A stretch of DNA of 64,000 bases from Eledone cirrhosa (GCA_964016885.1 OZ024740.1:241924001-241988000), one strand, 5' to 3'. Positions 24,801 through 38,805 are shown, counted from the first letter of the stretch. Numbers and translations: made by a program. The notes: a model not told the origin generated them from the letters alone.

Positions 24801-27291
24801 AAGAGAGTATTGAAGTTTGCTTGAAGCATTGTGAAATAATAAAAAGGTTTTGGCCGTTGTGGACGCCTCAGCAATGTAGTATGGTTAATCTCTGGGTAAC
24901 AGAATCCGGCGGTGAAAAGAAAGATGTAAGAGGAAATGTAGAATGAGATGTATAGTGTGTAGAGGAACGAAAGAAAGAGCGTAAAAATAAAAATAATAAC
25001 ACGAGATAGAGTGACCTTAGGAGAGTTTAATTGTCCCAATATTTCGGATTTCGCATCCATCAACTGGGCGGATTTTTTCCGAGGGTCGGAGAGGAATGGT
25101 ACGTGGCCTCTGTTGTCCGCCGTTTGTGTGTAACTGAGATATTCTGTAGAGCGCACGTGCGCGCGGAATAGGTGCGGTCAAGCAAAGGTCGAGGTAACTC
25201 CTCTTTATTGTGTGAGTGGGATGGTGTTAGCTGTCAATGCATTGTACTATTCAGTCTTTGTTACTGGCAGTGTAGTAGTCTGTCTGGTCGCTTGTTGGTC
25301 GGTGGATGGTGGGGGCGTTATACACACAATAACAATCGTTCGAATGCCACTGTGTGTGTGTGTGTGTGCGTGTGTTGTTGTCTCGTTTGTTTACACCAGC
25401 CACATCGTCTCGCTTCTCTCGTATCGGTTATTTATTTGTGGTCCTAGGCTTTCTTGATTCGTAACGCACTTCCTTGATTCGTAACGTGCCGACGTTGCGT
25501 TCTGTCGCTAGCACTGTGACAATGGGCCTTCCGTCTTTGTTTCCGCATTTGGTTATGTGTTTCCGGAAAGACAAGGCCCTGGTGTTGATGTGCTCCTTGA
25601 TCCGGATATGTAGCGGCCGGATTGTGCTACCGATATAGTAGTGGTTGCACTTGTCACATTCTACCCTGTATACAACATATGTGCGTAAGCAATAGTTCGT
25701 TTGGCGCACCGGACATTTTCTGAGGGAACACGCATCAGTCGATTTCCCGGGTTTCCTGAGAGGCATCTCCGTAGGGAGGGGCCCGAGTGGGTCAGGTGGA
25801 TGTCGAGGCCCTCTCTCCGTATAGCCCTGTGGATAGCGTTGGTGGTTTTTTTTCGCCCAGGTGCGGGATTTTAAGGAAGCACTTGCCTAGGGTGTTTCTC
25901 TGCCTCTTGCGTCTGGTGTCTCTTACTCTGTTTGTAAGCACCCCGAGGAACCACTTGGTGTGGGTGTCACCACTCACTGGATCGCTACATCTGTTTTTAA
26001 TTCGCGTCATCTCGTTCGTGATGTACCCTCTTTTAGCACTGTTAGAGAGGGCAGACTTGCAGTGGACGAACAAGTCCCTGCAGGCTACCTTGCGGTAGAA
26101 GTTGGTGTGAATCCCTCCCTGCTCTGTGATGTTGATTCGGAAGTCGAGGAGGGCAAGGGACCCGTCGTCGTTAGGGTGTTCTACACTGAAATCAATATTC
26201 TCGTCCGTGTTGTTGAACGTCCCATAAATTCCGTTCGCCATCTCCTGGGTAGATGTGAGGATGAGGATGTCATCTACGTACCTTGAGAAAAAGGTGACGG
26301 CGTTGGGGTGGCAGGTGTTGAGTGCCTTGCGCTCGAGGTTGTCCATGTATGAGATCGCTAGCACACTCGACAAGCTTGAGCCTATGGGCAGCCCCGAGGT
26401 TTGCCGGTATATTTGGTCGAGAAAACCGAAATACGTGTTGTCAACGACGACGGATAGTAGCTGGTGGGTGACAGTGAGGGTGAGCCCGAAGCAGTGTAGG
26501 TCGGTAGATTGAACGCGTTCCATCAGTATATCAACGGCCGGGAGCGCCCGGACCGAGGAGTAAAGAGCGACCACATCAAGGCTGAAGGTAGATCTGTTAG
26601 CCTTTCTGGTGTCGGGAACAATTTGATGCAGGCGCTCCAACACCCCCTCGGAGCTGTTTACGTATCCCAGCAAGGTGTCTAGTATGGGTTTAAGTATTTT
26701 GGCTAGGATAGGAGCCATGAAATTTTGTAGAGCGGTCCTTCCACGCTCGATACAATAGGTTTGATCTTCATGTCGGGTCCCTGTTTGTGTGTTTTCACAA
26801 GGTGGTAGAAGGCGGGTAGTCTGATGTTCCTCGTGAGGAGGTTGTATCTGAGCTTCTTAGGGAGCTTCCGCCGGTCACAGATGTTGGTCCAGGCGGCGTT
26901 GATGTGCTCCTCGATCTGCGCGGGAGTGATTTCTGTGACTTTGGAGTAGAGGTTGTCATCGTCAAGGTGTTGGAGGGCCAGGGTGTTGTAGGCCACTCTG
27001 CTGATGACGCAGAATTTGTTTCCCTTATCGGAGGGGAGGTAGATGAGGTTCCTCGATTTCAGGTTGGAGAGAGTGGTGAGTTGAGATTTAGTGAGGTTGT
27101 GTGATGTGCGTGTGTGTGTTTGTGTTTGTGTAGGATATCAGAGATGGAGTGTTTTAACCTGATGAGTTTGGGGTCGAGTTCGTGGTTGTTGGGTCGGGGG
27201 TAGAGTGGTTTGTCGAAGTGGTAAGTGGGGAACTTGGGGCGGGTTGTGTGGGTGCTGTTATTTTCCGTGGCGCTGTTGATGGCGGTCATCC
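24801..27291 (-). mobile_element. Penelope-like element (RT plus C-terminal GIY-YIG), 5'-truncated and frameshifted
   Basis: PSDKG; FYHLVKTHK...IKPIVS; SLDVVALYS; QTSGLPIGS; SRYVDD; LLDF; VVYRVECDKCNHYYIGST...RIKEH. The 3' terminal ~300 bp recur at 62451-63040. Confidence 0.9.
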
Positions 27292-27357
27292 ATTTATATA
27301 TATATGCATACATGCATGCATACATACATACATACATGCATACATACATACATACAT

Positions 27358-27765
27358 GGTGGCTGCCAACTCGTTTTCGAGTACGGCCACTACTTTATAT
27401 CCATGTAGGAGAACCCCTACCGATGCGCTGAACAAGTATGACTTTTAAGTCCAGCCAGCGACTTGAAAACTCTGGTACAAACACTACACTTATGACAATT
27501 ATTGACACAGTGCAGGGCCCATGGTACCATGTGACGACAAGTGCAGAGAGATCTCCAGATACAAAGCAATGCCTGTGCCGTGAAGCTTTTATAGTGAGCA
27601 AAGGCAATGCACAAAGCCAGTCCCACTCTCTTAACCAAGATGATATTTACCAAAAAAGAAGAACAAGTCAACATCATTGGATACCATCAGGGCTGCAGGT
27701 GTTATATCAGTTTTCCTTCTCCTAGAATTCTGCCTTGACAAAGGCTAAGGGGTCATCTCTCCCGT
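27358..27765 (-). mobile_element. Bipartite RTE-derived non-autonomous element in (CATA)n
   Basis: RTE-type 5' motif ctaggagaaggaaaac joined to the C2H2-encoding 3' end and a (TATG)n tail; copy at 59778-60162. Confidence 0.8.
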
Positions 27766-28649
27766 TCATACATACATACATACATACATAGTAACTTGAA
27801 TGTGATATCATACTGCGAAAAAATTAGCCCTCGATATGTAACCATAGAGGTAATTTATATATTTAATAAATGACATTAGTTGAACATTAAAGACACTATC
27901 AATTTCGTAGTCTTTGTTGACAAAGGTACCTATTCAACAGTATCAGCAGTTATATTTGTCATCACTAACAATCCGACTTGAATGAATCCGGGTGTTCACG
28001 GGTTAACTGATGATTTGTAATGACAGAACGAACATACACTTCAGATAACAGAATATGTACCTTTGTCAACAGGGAATATAAAACAACTGATATGATGTAT
28101 TAAATATGTGAAAATGCTTAATGGATGAAGAAAAATAGAACTGGTGATTTAAAGGCTTTTAATATCTACGATATTGTAAGCACGTTTAATCATAACATTA
28201 GAGAGGATATATGTAGGGTTCAGGAATACATGATTGTGAACCGTGAGAGTAGGCATACATTTTTCACTCCCAGGAAACAAATAATTACAACATTCATAAA
28301 TTTCGGCTTGTGAATGACAGTAAAAAAATAACTTACAACTGTGAATTTCTTAATTGGCATGCTTAAACTGAATTCAAAATTGATGAGTCCTACAAGAAAT
28401 CAAACACACCATTGTGGAACCATACACAATCTAACTCGTAGTGCATTATTCTACTACGAAGCCGACTTCAGCATGGTTCCAGTGTCTAACGCAGAACATT
28501 AAAACCGAACTGATAGGAAGAAAGAATGCACTACTCACAAATACCATCTAACAGTCGCACAAAAATACGAGGGAGAGAAATGTTACATGGTATAGCCTAC
28601 CATACAACTTTCGTGTAAAAACCAATGATACAAAATTATTTCCAGTCTC

Positions 28650-29610
28650 TAATCGAAAACCAATTCCAGAACTGCCATAAATTCCACAATCTCTTCAGCA
28701 AAATCAGCATTAAAATGAGTTAGAGCGGCATTTGGAATCTGAAAGAGAAAGAAGTAACCACCGGCATCTGATAGACAGTGGAAAATAAGGTAGACCCGTG
28801 TTTGTGTGATCCATATAGTTGCTACCTATGGCCAGTATTTCAGTAATATCTTTGCTTATTTTTAGTGGACCTCTCCACTCTAATAGTCATAAATTTTATC
28901 CAAATCAGATCTCGCCCCCCCCCCCCCCAGGTGAATCCAGTTATTTAATAAAGCTTGATTCAAGCATAATTTTCCAGGGTAAAGTTTCACTAGCCTTGCA
29001 CGCCTCAATTGCAATATTTAACATTTCAGTTTTTTTGTGTGACTGACAGTATAGAAATATCGTGGCCGACGAAAGCAGATACTACAAGGATTCATTTCAC
29101 AAAAGCCAACATATATATACGACAGGAGACGAAACAGGATTTTCAGACGGAATGCGCAGAGCTGTCATAATTATTCTATTGCTCATATCCCTCACAGGCT
29201 TCAATCATCTGGTTGTGGTCCTTCTGGGACAATTCCATAACATCAATTTCAGCCTTACGTTCAGTAATAAGGAAAGGTAGCGCTGCCGGCCTCATTTGTG
29301 TCCCTTACCGTGATGTAGGGTCATTATGGCTTGTGTTCAGCAGGACGTCTGATTTCTCTTTTAAAATGTTAACGTCCACTCCACGTACATCCTATGTTTT
29401 AAGGGACGAACTTCATGAGCTGTAGCCCTTTGAAATCGAGTAGTTACCTTGTTTTTATTCAAATGGGAAAATGTGAAACCCTTTGTAATATCCATTGATA
29501 GCATGACCTTTTCTGTACTTCTTCTGAATATTCTCAAAAACCATTCCGTTAATCTGAAAGCTTTCGCCATTTGCATAAAATGCGGATGAAACGATTCGTC
29601 ATTACTGTAA
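28650..29610 (-). pseudogene. Possible decayed piggyBac-like transposase
   Basis: Fragmentary motifs GFTFSHLNKNK, DVLLNTSHND and RPAALPF...KAEIDVM resemble piggyBac GT.RKNK, VLLLSTMH.D and KP..I..YN..K.GVD; many stops; no TIRs found. Confidence 0.3.
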
Positions 29611-29619
29611 TGTGATAAG

Positions 29620-29816
29620 GGCGGTGGATTGGCAGTATCAGTAGAAGATCGGACACTATGCTTTGTGGCATAGAGTTATGGCCCTTTACGCTCTGAGTTC
29701 AAATCCTCGTCGGGAGTAACTTTGACTTTCATCCTTATGAGGTCGATAAAATAAAATACCAGTAATTCATACTGGGATAATTGATGGCGTTGTGGCAAAA
29801 GTAGAAACAATTATTG
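29620..29816 (+). mobile_element. Main tRNA-derived SINE
   Basis: Consensus head, body and tail. Confidence 0.9.
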
Positions 29817-30154
29817 TAATGTGATGAGACCTGTGGTCTCGACATCCGTTTGTACAATACGTGCGTATATGTATGTGTCTTTCTCTGTGTATATATGCAT
29901 GTGTTTCTCTCTATATATGTACGTGTGGAGATGTGTAAAAACATATGTGTACAAGTGAAATACAAAACGCTCGTTTATACGTTTTGAATGAATATATATT
30001 ATATTCTATTATCCTCATAATGGAATAACCAAATGGATTTACATTGAGAAGCGTCCGGTCTTCTTTGTAAACATAGACACAGTATAACATATACATTATT
30101 AATATAGTAATATTCCCACACTTCTATCTCTTTCTCTCCCTCCCTCCCTCTCAT

Positions 30155-30185
<31 letters not shown>

Positions 30186-30981
30186 TTCTATCTGTCTATC
30201 TAGCTCACTCTCTGTCTCTCTGTCACACACCACACACACACACTCACACACACACACACTCACATACACACACTCACATACACTCAAACACACTCACTCA
30301 CACACACACACACTCACACACACACACACACTCACATACACTCAAACACACTCACACACACACACAGACGAATCCGCACAATACTTATCTGAGAACACAA
30401 TTTTGAGACAGTCATGGCAATGGAGACAAGACAATGGTTTTCTTAGGGGTTTTTTGTGGTGGTGGGGGGGGGGGGGGGTTCAAACCTTCATCCAGTGCCT
30501 CGTTCCTTCACATACTCATTATGTCTTATCGACAACAGCAAGAATATTTTTTTTCACTTCATTGTTTCAAACTGTTCCTTAATTCTCTATATTCATTTTA
30601 TTGCAATTTCTTTTGGCTCTTTCCTACAGAATGTGATTCTTTTTTGACATTGTATTCCCAGCGCGACCCAGCTTGACTTTTTTCCTTTTCTTAGTAGCTA
30701 AATCGTATGGCTTAAGGTTCAAGGCTTTACAGTAAGCAATTGTGTACAATTTAGCGGAAGAGAGCGCACGCACACACGACGTAGATGGGTGTGTGTGTGT
30801 GTGTGTGTGTGTTAGTGTGCATGTTTACGACAGAAGGTTATACTCACACACATATATATATATATTAGAATATGTACATGCACAAACATACACGTGCACA
30901 TAATGTTAGTCGGATCATACATACACTTTCTCTCCCCCTCTTCCTCCATATATGTATATATTCAGAGAGAGGAGGCTAAAA

Positions 30982-31024
<43 letters not shown>

Positions 31025-31027
<3 letters not shown>

Positions 31028-31207
31028 ATAATAATAAATGTGGAGACTAAAATCCAAAGAGGGCTCGATAAGGATAAATATATATCAAATATATAAGTAC
31101 CGTAGAGCAAATATTTATTAAAATAACAGATTAAAGTTTAAGCAAAGAATCGCTGCTTTCACTCTTAACGGGATCTTCAGAAAGCAGCGATTCTTTGCTT
31201 AAACTTC
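31025..31207. mobile_element. Fold-back HHR-like insert (family of 22125-22312)
   Basis: agcaaagaatcgctgctttc / gaaagcagcgattctttgct arms; (TA)n on the left. Confidence 0.7.
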
Positions 31208-31295
31208 CATCACATACATATTAATTTATACACTGCTCATGGGATATATTTTTTCCTCATTCGAGCTGATTCCATTGTAAAAGAATTCATTACCT

Positions 31296-31377
<82 letters not shown>

Positions 31378-31704
31378 GGTTCAAGAATGACAAAATATAT
31401 ACAGAAATGTAAAAACACAAAGTTCTATTAGTATCTCACTTAGAAGAAAGTAAGAGTGGGTTTCACGTTTCGAACATAAGTCCTTCTTCAGGAAATGGAA
31501 GGCTCGGAGGGAGAGATAAAAGCATGGAACATAGGTGTTAAAAAAAAAATTAAAAAGTCTGGGTGTAATAGGCGAGTAGTCCGGCATTTGTGAGTGGAAG
31601 CTGAGGTGAAGGATCCAAGTATGTCATGGGGGTTGTTATGTGTGTGCAGATGGAGTGCATATCATGGGTGTGCATTATTGTGTGTATGTGTTTTGTGTAT
31701 CTTT

Positions 31705-31885
31705 GCCAGTTTCGTTAGAGGGTCGGACGCCATGCTTTGCAGCATAGAGTTACGCTTCTTTACGGTCTGAGTCCAAATCTCGCCGAGGTTAACTTTGCCT
31801 TTTATCCTTACGGGGTCGATAAAATAAAGCATCAGCAATGTACTGCGTAATTGTTCACCTTTAGCACAAAATAGAAACAATAGTT
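31705..31885 (+). mobile_element. Main tRNA-derived SINE
   Basis: Consensus body. Confidence 0.85.
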
Positions 31886-32039
31886 TGTGGGTGTCCGTGT
31901 GTGCGAGCCTCTATACACGTGTGCGTCTGTGAATCCTTCAGTGGATTTTATCTGTGCACGTCTGTACACATATTTGTGTGTGTAGGCTTATGTGTGGAAT
32001 GTTTGTAGTATGTTGTGTGTGTATATGCTTGTTAAAAGC

Positions 32040-33454
32040 CTTAAATAGAGAAGCAATTCTCAGGCTGAGTCGTGTGTGCCGTGTGGCCTCGATCTCCTTA
32101 GCAATAGTAATCGGGGTTGATAATCCCAGATTTCAAAAAAGGAGGAAAGATAGGTTATTCCAATTATAGAGGGATCTCCTTGTTAACCCACCCCGGTAAA
32201 GTCTATGCTAAGTGCCTGACTAAAAGATGTATGGAGATTGTCGAGTCCAAGCTAGCTGGTGAACAGTGTGGTTTTTGCTCCGGGCGCATCTCAGCAGACC
32301 AACTATTCATACTGCGTCAGGTATCTGAAAAGTCGTGGGAGTATTGCCAAGAAGTGTATGTTTGTTTCGTAGACCTCAAAAATGCATACGACCGCGTTAC
32401 ACGGGACCTGATGTGAAAAGTTCTGCAGGAGTGTGGGATCGGGGGACAGATCCTTGCTGCCATGATGACTCTATACTAATTCCCTAGTATTTGTGTTCAG
32501 ATGAATAGTGCTAAATCGAAACCAATCAATGCGGGAGTCGGACCCCGCCAAAGTTGCGTACTGTCACCCATGGGCTCCGTTTGCCTTTAAAATGTGAGGG
32601 GGACAAACCAACATTTGTTGATTCTTAAAGGAGCATGTTAGTATTGCTTATGGTGCCTTTCCCGGACCCTATCACATAAGTAAAATTTTACGCTAATTAA
32701 ATTTTATATATGCGAATTAAGTTCAGATATAAAAAAAATAAGCTTAAAAATAATTTATTATATCAAATAAACAATAAATAAAATATAGACGTTTGAATAA
32801 ATTAGGAAAAAGTAGGAGGTACAAAAGATGGTTTGTGCCCCGTTCCTGAAAAAGTGGCGGGGTCTTTTCCCCTGGTACCTCCCTGCAGCAAGGCCCTTGC
32901 TGTCACCTCACCTGTTCATAATTTTCATGAACTGGCGTGACATGCACAGCCAAGTCGGAAGTGCCTGTCTTCAAGTCGAGATTAAGGTCAGTTGGCTGGA
33001 ATTTGCAGACAACATGGTATTACTTAACTCGCCAGAAGGAAATCTCTGACATGCACTTCATAAATTTGATGTCGAATGCTGCACGTCTGAAATAAAAATC
33101 AGTACTGCGAAGACTGAAACACCCGTTTTCTCAAGGAAGCTTGCACGGTGCACGCAAAATGTGAGTGGAGTTCCACTGGAGCAAGTTGAGAGTTTCAAGT
33201 ATCTCAGGGTCGTCATCACGAATGAGGGAAGGTCTGTGGCTGAATTAAATGCAAGAATTGCACGAGTTGGTTGAGTAATGCGCCAGCTTCAGTATACGGT
33301 CGTCAGCAAAAGGGAGGCAGGTTTAAAAGCCAAACAGGCTATCTTCCAATCGATATTCCTGTCAACCTTTACATAAGGTCACGAATCTTGAATAATGACC
33401 AAGAGAATACGATCGCAAATGGGGTTCTTCCCGTAGTTCAGATAACAGAGAGTC
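32040..33454 (+). mobile_element. RTE-clade LINE RT fragment interrupted by a hAT insert
   Basis: SNYRGISLLTHPGKVYAK; EQCGF; CFVDLKNAYDRV; LSPHLFIIFM; LEFADN; VESFKYL. Confidence 0.9.
32569..32899. mobile_element. Non-autonomous hAT-like DNA transposon
   Basis: 8-bp TSD ctgtcacc (32561-32568 and 32900-32907); termini catgggc...gcccttg; removing it restores the RTE CVLSP|HLF frame. Confidence 0.8.
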
Positions 33455-33575
33455 AAGAAGAAGAAGAAGAAGAAGAAGAAGAAGAAGAAGAAGAAGAAGA
33501 AGAAGAAGAAGAAGAAGAAGAAGAAGAAGAAGAAGAAGAAGAAGAATACGAAGACGAAGACGAAGAAGAAGAAGA
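33455..33575. repeat. (GAA)n microsatellite
   Basis: Long GAA run. Confidence 0.97.
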
Positions 33576-33717
33576 CAATGGTCACCATAAAAATACCAAC
33601 GAATGTGTTTATTTCATTAATGAAACTCATCAAAGAATTTAAAGTCATGCTGGTATTTTTGCTACTTAAAAGTGAGCGACCTTTACACAGTATCTATCTA
33701 TTTATCTATCTATTTAC

Positions 33718-34499
33718 CTTCCGCCCGGAACTGATGGACAACTTCCAAAAGTACCTGGCCTGGCAGTGCTACCGAGGAGCTCTACCAGTTGGAGACAAGC
33801 TCTACAGACACGGGCGCCCGGGCAGGGACCCTACGAAAAAGATCTGTCCGAGATGCGTGCGCGACGAGGAAACCGTCGCGCACGCATTTGTACACTGACC
33901 GGGCGTTACCGACCTGTGGGGCTATGTAGAACGACTATTGTCGCGGGTGGCACCAATCCGGTTGACCACCGAGTCCATTGTCATAATCAAACCGCCACCC
34001 TCCTTCAAAAACGAAGGAGAGGCGGTTTTCCTTTGTGTGATAGCTATGGCGAAAGAGGTTGTATGGTGGATGAGGTTAAAAGGGTTGAGGTCAGACACCT
34101 ATCTCTCCGGCCAACAAACTGATTCTTTTTTTCAAATACCACTTTGGAAGAAGAATCAGGATGGAGAGAGAGGTGCTGTACCCCAGCAAGTTATATGAAA
34201 AGTGGGTGAAAGTGGCGAGAATGGCCCGAGTGAATGGGCCTTCTCTCTATATCAGCCTGTAGGTGAGGAAAAGGAGCAAGAGGGGAAAGGGGTACAAACT
34301 CTTCGTACTCCTGGAGATGAGGGTTGCATATTTTTTTCGGGGGTATGTTTTACCCATATGAAATGTCTACCCTATTGGGGAAAATCGATTAACTTTTAAA
34401 TTACATTTGTGATAATATTTTACACGTTTTTATTGTATGTAAACTTCCCCCTTTGTATTTGTCCCCTTCTTTTGTGCCCCTGTGGCTAATAACGAAACA
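33718..34499 (+). mobile_element. L1-Tx1 3' fragment flanked by (TATC)n
   Basis: LAWQCYRGALPVGDKLYRHG...CPRCVRDEETVAHAFVH; 3' UTR ends ctaataacgaaac, then atctatctatct. Confidence 0.85.
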
Positions 34500-34689
34500 T
34501 ATCTATCTATCTGCTTCCCAAAATCTATACGATTATATCAACCAGGCAAAAAGCAATATAAATGTTATTAGTGTTATTTTAACGTATTTTACCCTGAAAC
34601 TGTTCACTTGGGATATGAATATGAGAAAATCTTGCTGAATCTTGTAAACTATTTTTATATTGGCCCAACGCTATAAAGTAATTGATGCA

Positions 34690-35363
34690 TCGTTGATTGA
34701 ATCAGTTCCGTTAGACCTAACTTCTCAAAGAATATGGCCTTTCATACTCTTACGAGTCACCCTCTTATCTACCTAATCCTTTTTTCTTAAATAAATGAAA
34801 TATCATCCAGCATGAATTACCTCCCCCTGCATATTAACTCTCTAAAAAGGGAAATCATATCAAACCCAGTCCACCATTTGCCTCCATCATGGATCAACTA
34901 AGCACTCTTGCTATATTAACACATTTTGATCTGCTTATCTTCAAGAATTATGCCTGTAAATAACATTATTTTTTCTTTCACATTGACTTATTATGCTCCA
35001 CATTACGCCCCTTTTTTTCTTTTTTGTTTTTTCTTTTCACTTTATAAACCTTGTTTGTAAATAACATTATTCTTTCTGCACCATTTCTTTAACATGTCCA
35101 ACACCACCATTCTACACCAATACATATTATTATCATTTGATAATGCATAAAAATACTGAAACCGGTAATAAACAATAATTAAATATATAAATAAATAAAT
35201 AAATGCCATTGTTAATTAATAAATAAATCAACTAATACCTTAACACTTCACACAAAGTAAAATATTTCGTTTTAATCATTTTCTAACCCAGAAAAAAAGA
35301 GAGAAACAAATAAAAAGGGAAAATTATAAATTTTTCTTCCTAATAATAGTCTTTTTCTCCCGT

Positions 35364-35368
<5 letters not shown>
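34690..35368 (+). mobile_element. Probable PLE 3' region with decayed hammerhead
   Basis: tTGATAA-tgcat(aaaa)atac-t-GAAACCGGTA at ~35138-35168, same stem III ACCGGT as the 8.9-kb motif; ends in (TA)n. The 5' boundary is approximate. Confidence 0.4.
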
Positions 35369-35405
<37 letters not shown>

Positions 35406-35430
35406 TAACTCGTGTGCTTCCTCTCCACAT

Positions 35431-35516
<86 letters not shown>

Positions 35517-35558
35517 TATGAATATATTTATATATGTATATATGTATATATTTATATA

Positions 35559-35603
<45 letters not shown>

Positions 35604-35697
35604 GGGGGTGGGGAGTAATAATAGTAAATGTGAAGACTAAAATCCAAAGAGCGCTCGATAAGGATAAATATATATCAAATATATTGGAACCCTAAAG

Positions 35698-35786
35698 GAG
35701 AAGAAGAAGAAGAAGAAGAAGAAGAAGAAGAAGAAGAAGAAGAAGAAGAAGAAGAAGAAGAAGAAGAAGAAGAAGAAGAAGAAGAA
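35698..35786. repeat. (GAA)n microsatellite
   Basis: GAA run. Confidence 0.97.
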
Positions 35787-36842
35787 GGATTCAGTCGACA
35801 TCGACAAGTAGATAGATGGACACACAAACAGAAACATATTTACACACACACACAAATATATAATGTAGATAGATAGACAGGTAGATAGATCGATAAAAAT
35901 AAAGGCAGAAAGATAGATAGATAGATATCTTGCAGGCAGGCAGGCGTAGATACATGGACAGATTGAGAGATATATTTATACATATTTATGTAGATATATT
36001 CCCTCAAGTAAGAAATAAACGCACATACGCACACAGTGCAAACATATGCAGAGGTATTCATACACGTGTAGGCACATACGTGCGTGCAGGTATATATGTA
36101 TCTGTACAAGTTTATGTGTACATTTCTGTATGTCTGTGCATCTGCATATGTGCATGTGTTTATATGTGTGCGTGCATATGTGTGCGGGTGTGTGTGTGTT
36201 CGTACGTGCGTGCGAACGTATATATATGAGACATGAAGTAAAAGATGGAGAGCTAATCTCGATTGAAAAGTATAAGGGTGGTCAGACAGTAACCTCCATG
36301 AAATTTGACACCATTGCTGCTAGTTCCCTAAAGCATATTAAGGTCAGGTCATACTTTTGATGGCAGGCAGCTTGTTTGAATGAACCTTCTTTTGCACGAA
36401 GCAACCCTGTCCTTTCTTATTAACGTGAAAGATTTTTTAGCGGAAACGTTTGGTGTGTTGGTGGTGTGTTTGGTTACCATTTTTAGTGGTTATATAGCTG
36501 GTCGTTGTGATTAAAATGTTATTGGCTGTTTTGTCTGGTGTTCTTAAAAAACGATCATAAATAGGATGATTTGGAACAGACCAACAAGGAAAGCGAAACT
36601 GCTAATTTTGATGTTTTTTATATACGACATTATTCGTTTCATTTAATACGACAACACCATGTGTAAAATATAACACAACCAGAATACATACAAGATTGAT
36701 ATAACAGAGAGTGTTCCGTTAACAGGTTGAAATGTTCACATATAAAAGCATTTTGTTGAGATATATGGAATTGTGAATCAAGGAAAAAATTTTGACTGAC
36801 CTGGACCATCGCGTAGACATTACATGCAACGCATAATATATA

Positions 36843-37063
36843 CCAAAGGTTCTCAACGGGGGGCATATGCACTCCCGGGGGGGGGGAGGCGTTTCGGAAC
36901 TCCAGGGGGCGTTTGGGAGCAAGGTCGCGTGGAGCGGGGGGGGCACTGGAAGGCTCTTTATTTTGGTAAGTTTTATATGCCATATTTGTATGTCTTTGAG
37001 ACAGCCAGTATGAATGCATTTGAATGAGCTTGCAAACAGCATAACTATAGTCTGACCGCAGCT

Positions 37064-37064
<1 letters not shown>
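36843..37064. mobile_element. Possible hAT/Charlie-like MITE remnant
   Basis: Starts caaaggttctcaacggggggc, similar to Charlie-type termini, with a G-rich subterminal region; right TIR not clear. Confidence 0.35.
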
Positions 37065-37097
<33 letters not shown>

Positions 37098-38024
37098 TCC
37101 GACTGTGACAGTGCCTTCATGACTAACCACTTCTACAGCCGGACTCTCAACTGTGCCAGGGACCAACAGAGTTGGAAGAAGAGAGTGACGCTAGCTTGGT
37201 TTGGTTTAAATACCCAGGTGTTTCATGATTTTTAGTGGTCTGAGTTTGATATCTACAGATTTATCCAAGATATTTTCACTACAGATGCATAAAAATGAGA
37301 TTACTTTACATCAGGTGTAAGTAACCACGGATGTTAATTTCATTAATGCCTTTTTAGTTTATTTTACTATTTATGCACTGAGATGTGACAATTACGCATT
37401 TCCACATTAGCATTGTAAGTGAAGTAAAGTGATATTAGTATCTATTGCTCAACAGTTGAATTGAGATTACACAAAGTGAATGTTGCAGACAAAATTGTTG
37501 TCTTCTTGAACTAATGTTATTGCAAATACAATATGAAGTTCGCCCTAGTGTAACACAAGTATTTAGTTTATCAAATAGAAGATGAAATGTAAGTTAGACG
37601 GTCTGACTTCTACTAAAAAACATACAGCACCGAACTAATATCCGTAATCGCTCACCTAATACGAATTGAAATTTATTACGTAGAGTTAATATTTGAACAA
37701 GAAAAGAATTCACAGAATGCGGAGTAGAAATTCTGACTATTCTGGCTATTACTTATTCAACAGAGAATAGAAGTTAGTATTCCAAGTGGACTCTTTCCAC
37801 TCAATTCCATAGTGTAGCTATTTTTAGTTACCTTACGTCACTGATGTGATTGTTAAAGCATAAATATCCACTTGTTATCCTCCACTCTATTATAGTTTCA
37901 GTTAAGAAAATAATCTACTGATAGATATCGGTAGAAAAGACTACTATTTCTACCTTATATCAATAAAAATGAAAAGCCTGCCGAGAAATTACCTTAATGA
38001 AATAAGATGGATAGTTTCCCGCTA

Positions 38025-38238
38025 ATAATGGTTTCTGATTTAGGGACAAAGTCGACAATGTTGTGGGGGGAGTCTATTAAATCAAATACAGTACATTACT
38101 GGTGCTTTATTTTATCGACTCTGTAAGGATGAAAGGCAAAGTTAACCTCGTCGGGATGTGAACTCAGACCGCAAAGGGTCGTAACCCCATGCTGCAAAGC
38201 ATGGCGTCCGCCCCTCTACCGATACTGTAAATCCACAG
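38025..38238 (-). mobile_element. Main tRNA-derived SINE
   Basis: Consensus on the minus strand. Confidence 0.88.
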
Positions 38239-38254
38239 TAATAACAACAATAAA

Positions 38255-38805
38255 ATATGATTCGAACGTGATAATCAATGATGAGAAATAAAGACAATGG
38301 AATTCATAGGAAACTTTGAAAACTTGAACGCAAAGAGCTGTTAAAACAGTGATATGCTGTCAATAACTGCATGTAAGTCGGGTAAAAATACACCTAGGGA
38401 CAGAAATCAGTGGTCAGTAGTCCATAAAGAGAAAAGTAAAGTTGTGAGGTAGGTGACAGGTAGATGAAACATAGAAATGATTGAGAGGAGAGGTTGTTGG
38501 CACGTAGGAGTGATGAGTAATAAAGAAAGGAAGACAAATAGGGATTCTTATTGTAACCCTAATCTCCATGTGTCTTTCTTTCTTCTTTACTCATCACTCC
38601 TACCTGCCAACACACTGTGTTCCATCTACCTGCCAAACACCTCACCACTTTGCTTTCCTGACCTTAGGCGGATTTTTACCCGACTTGCACGCTGTCATTG
38701 ACGGCATTTGGCTGTTTAACAGCTGATCCTTGTGTTTGAGTTTTCAAATTATTTCTATGAATTTCAAATCATTTTCGCTTCGTCTCGATGATTTTCGATG
38801 CAATA
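38255..38805. mobile_element. Old fold-back or MITE with long diverged inverted arms
   Basis: 38300-38415 pairs with 38645-38766 (e.g. aagtcgggtaaaaat / atttttacccgactt). Confidence 0.7.

Noticed and set aside
36229-36360. Short peptide resembling a Tigger/CENP-B helix-turn-helix
   Set aside because: Too short and degenerate; no TIRs found.
37097-37198. Possible 102-bp host exon (SDCDSAFMTNHFYSRTLNCARDQQSWKKRVTLAW) between AG and GT
   Set aside because: No polypyrimidine tract (preceded by TA repeats), weak donor, no recognisable domain or partner exons; it could be a LINE remnant.
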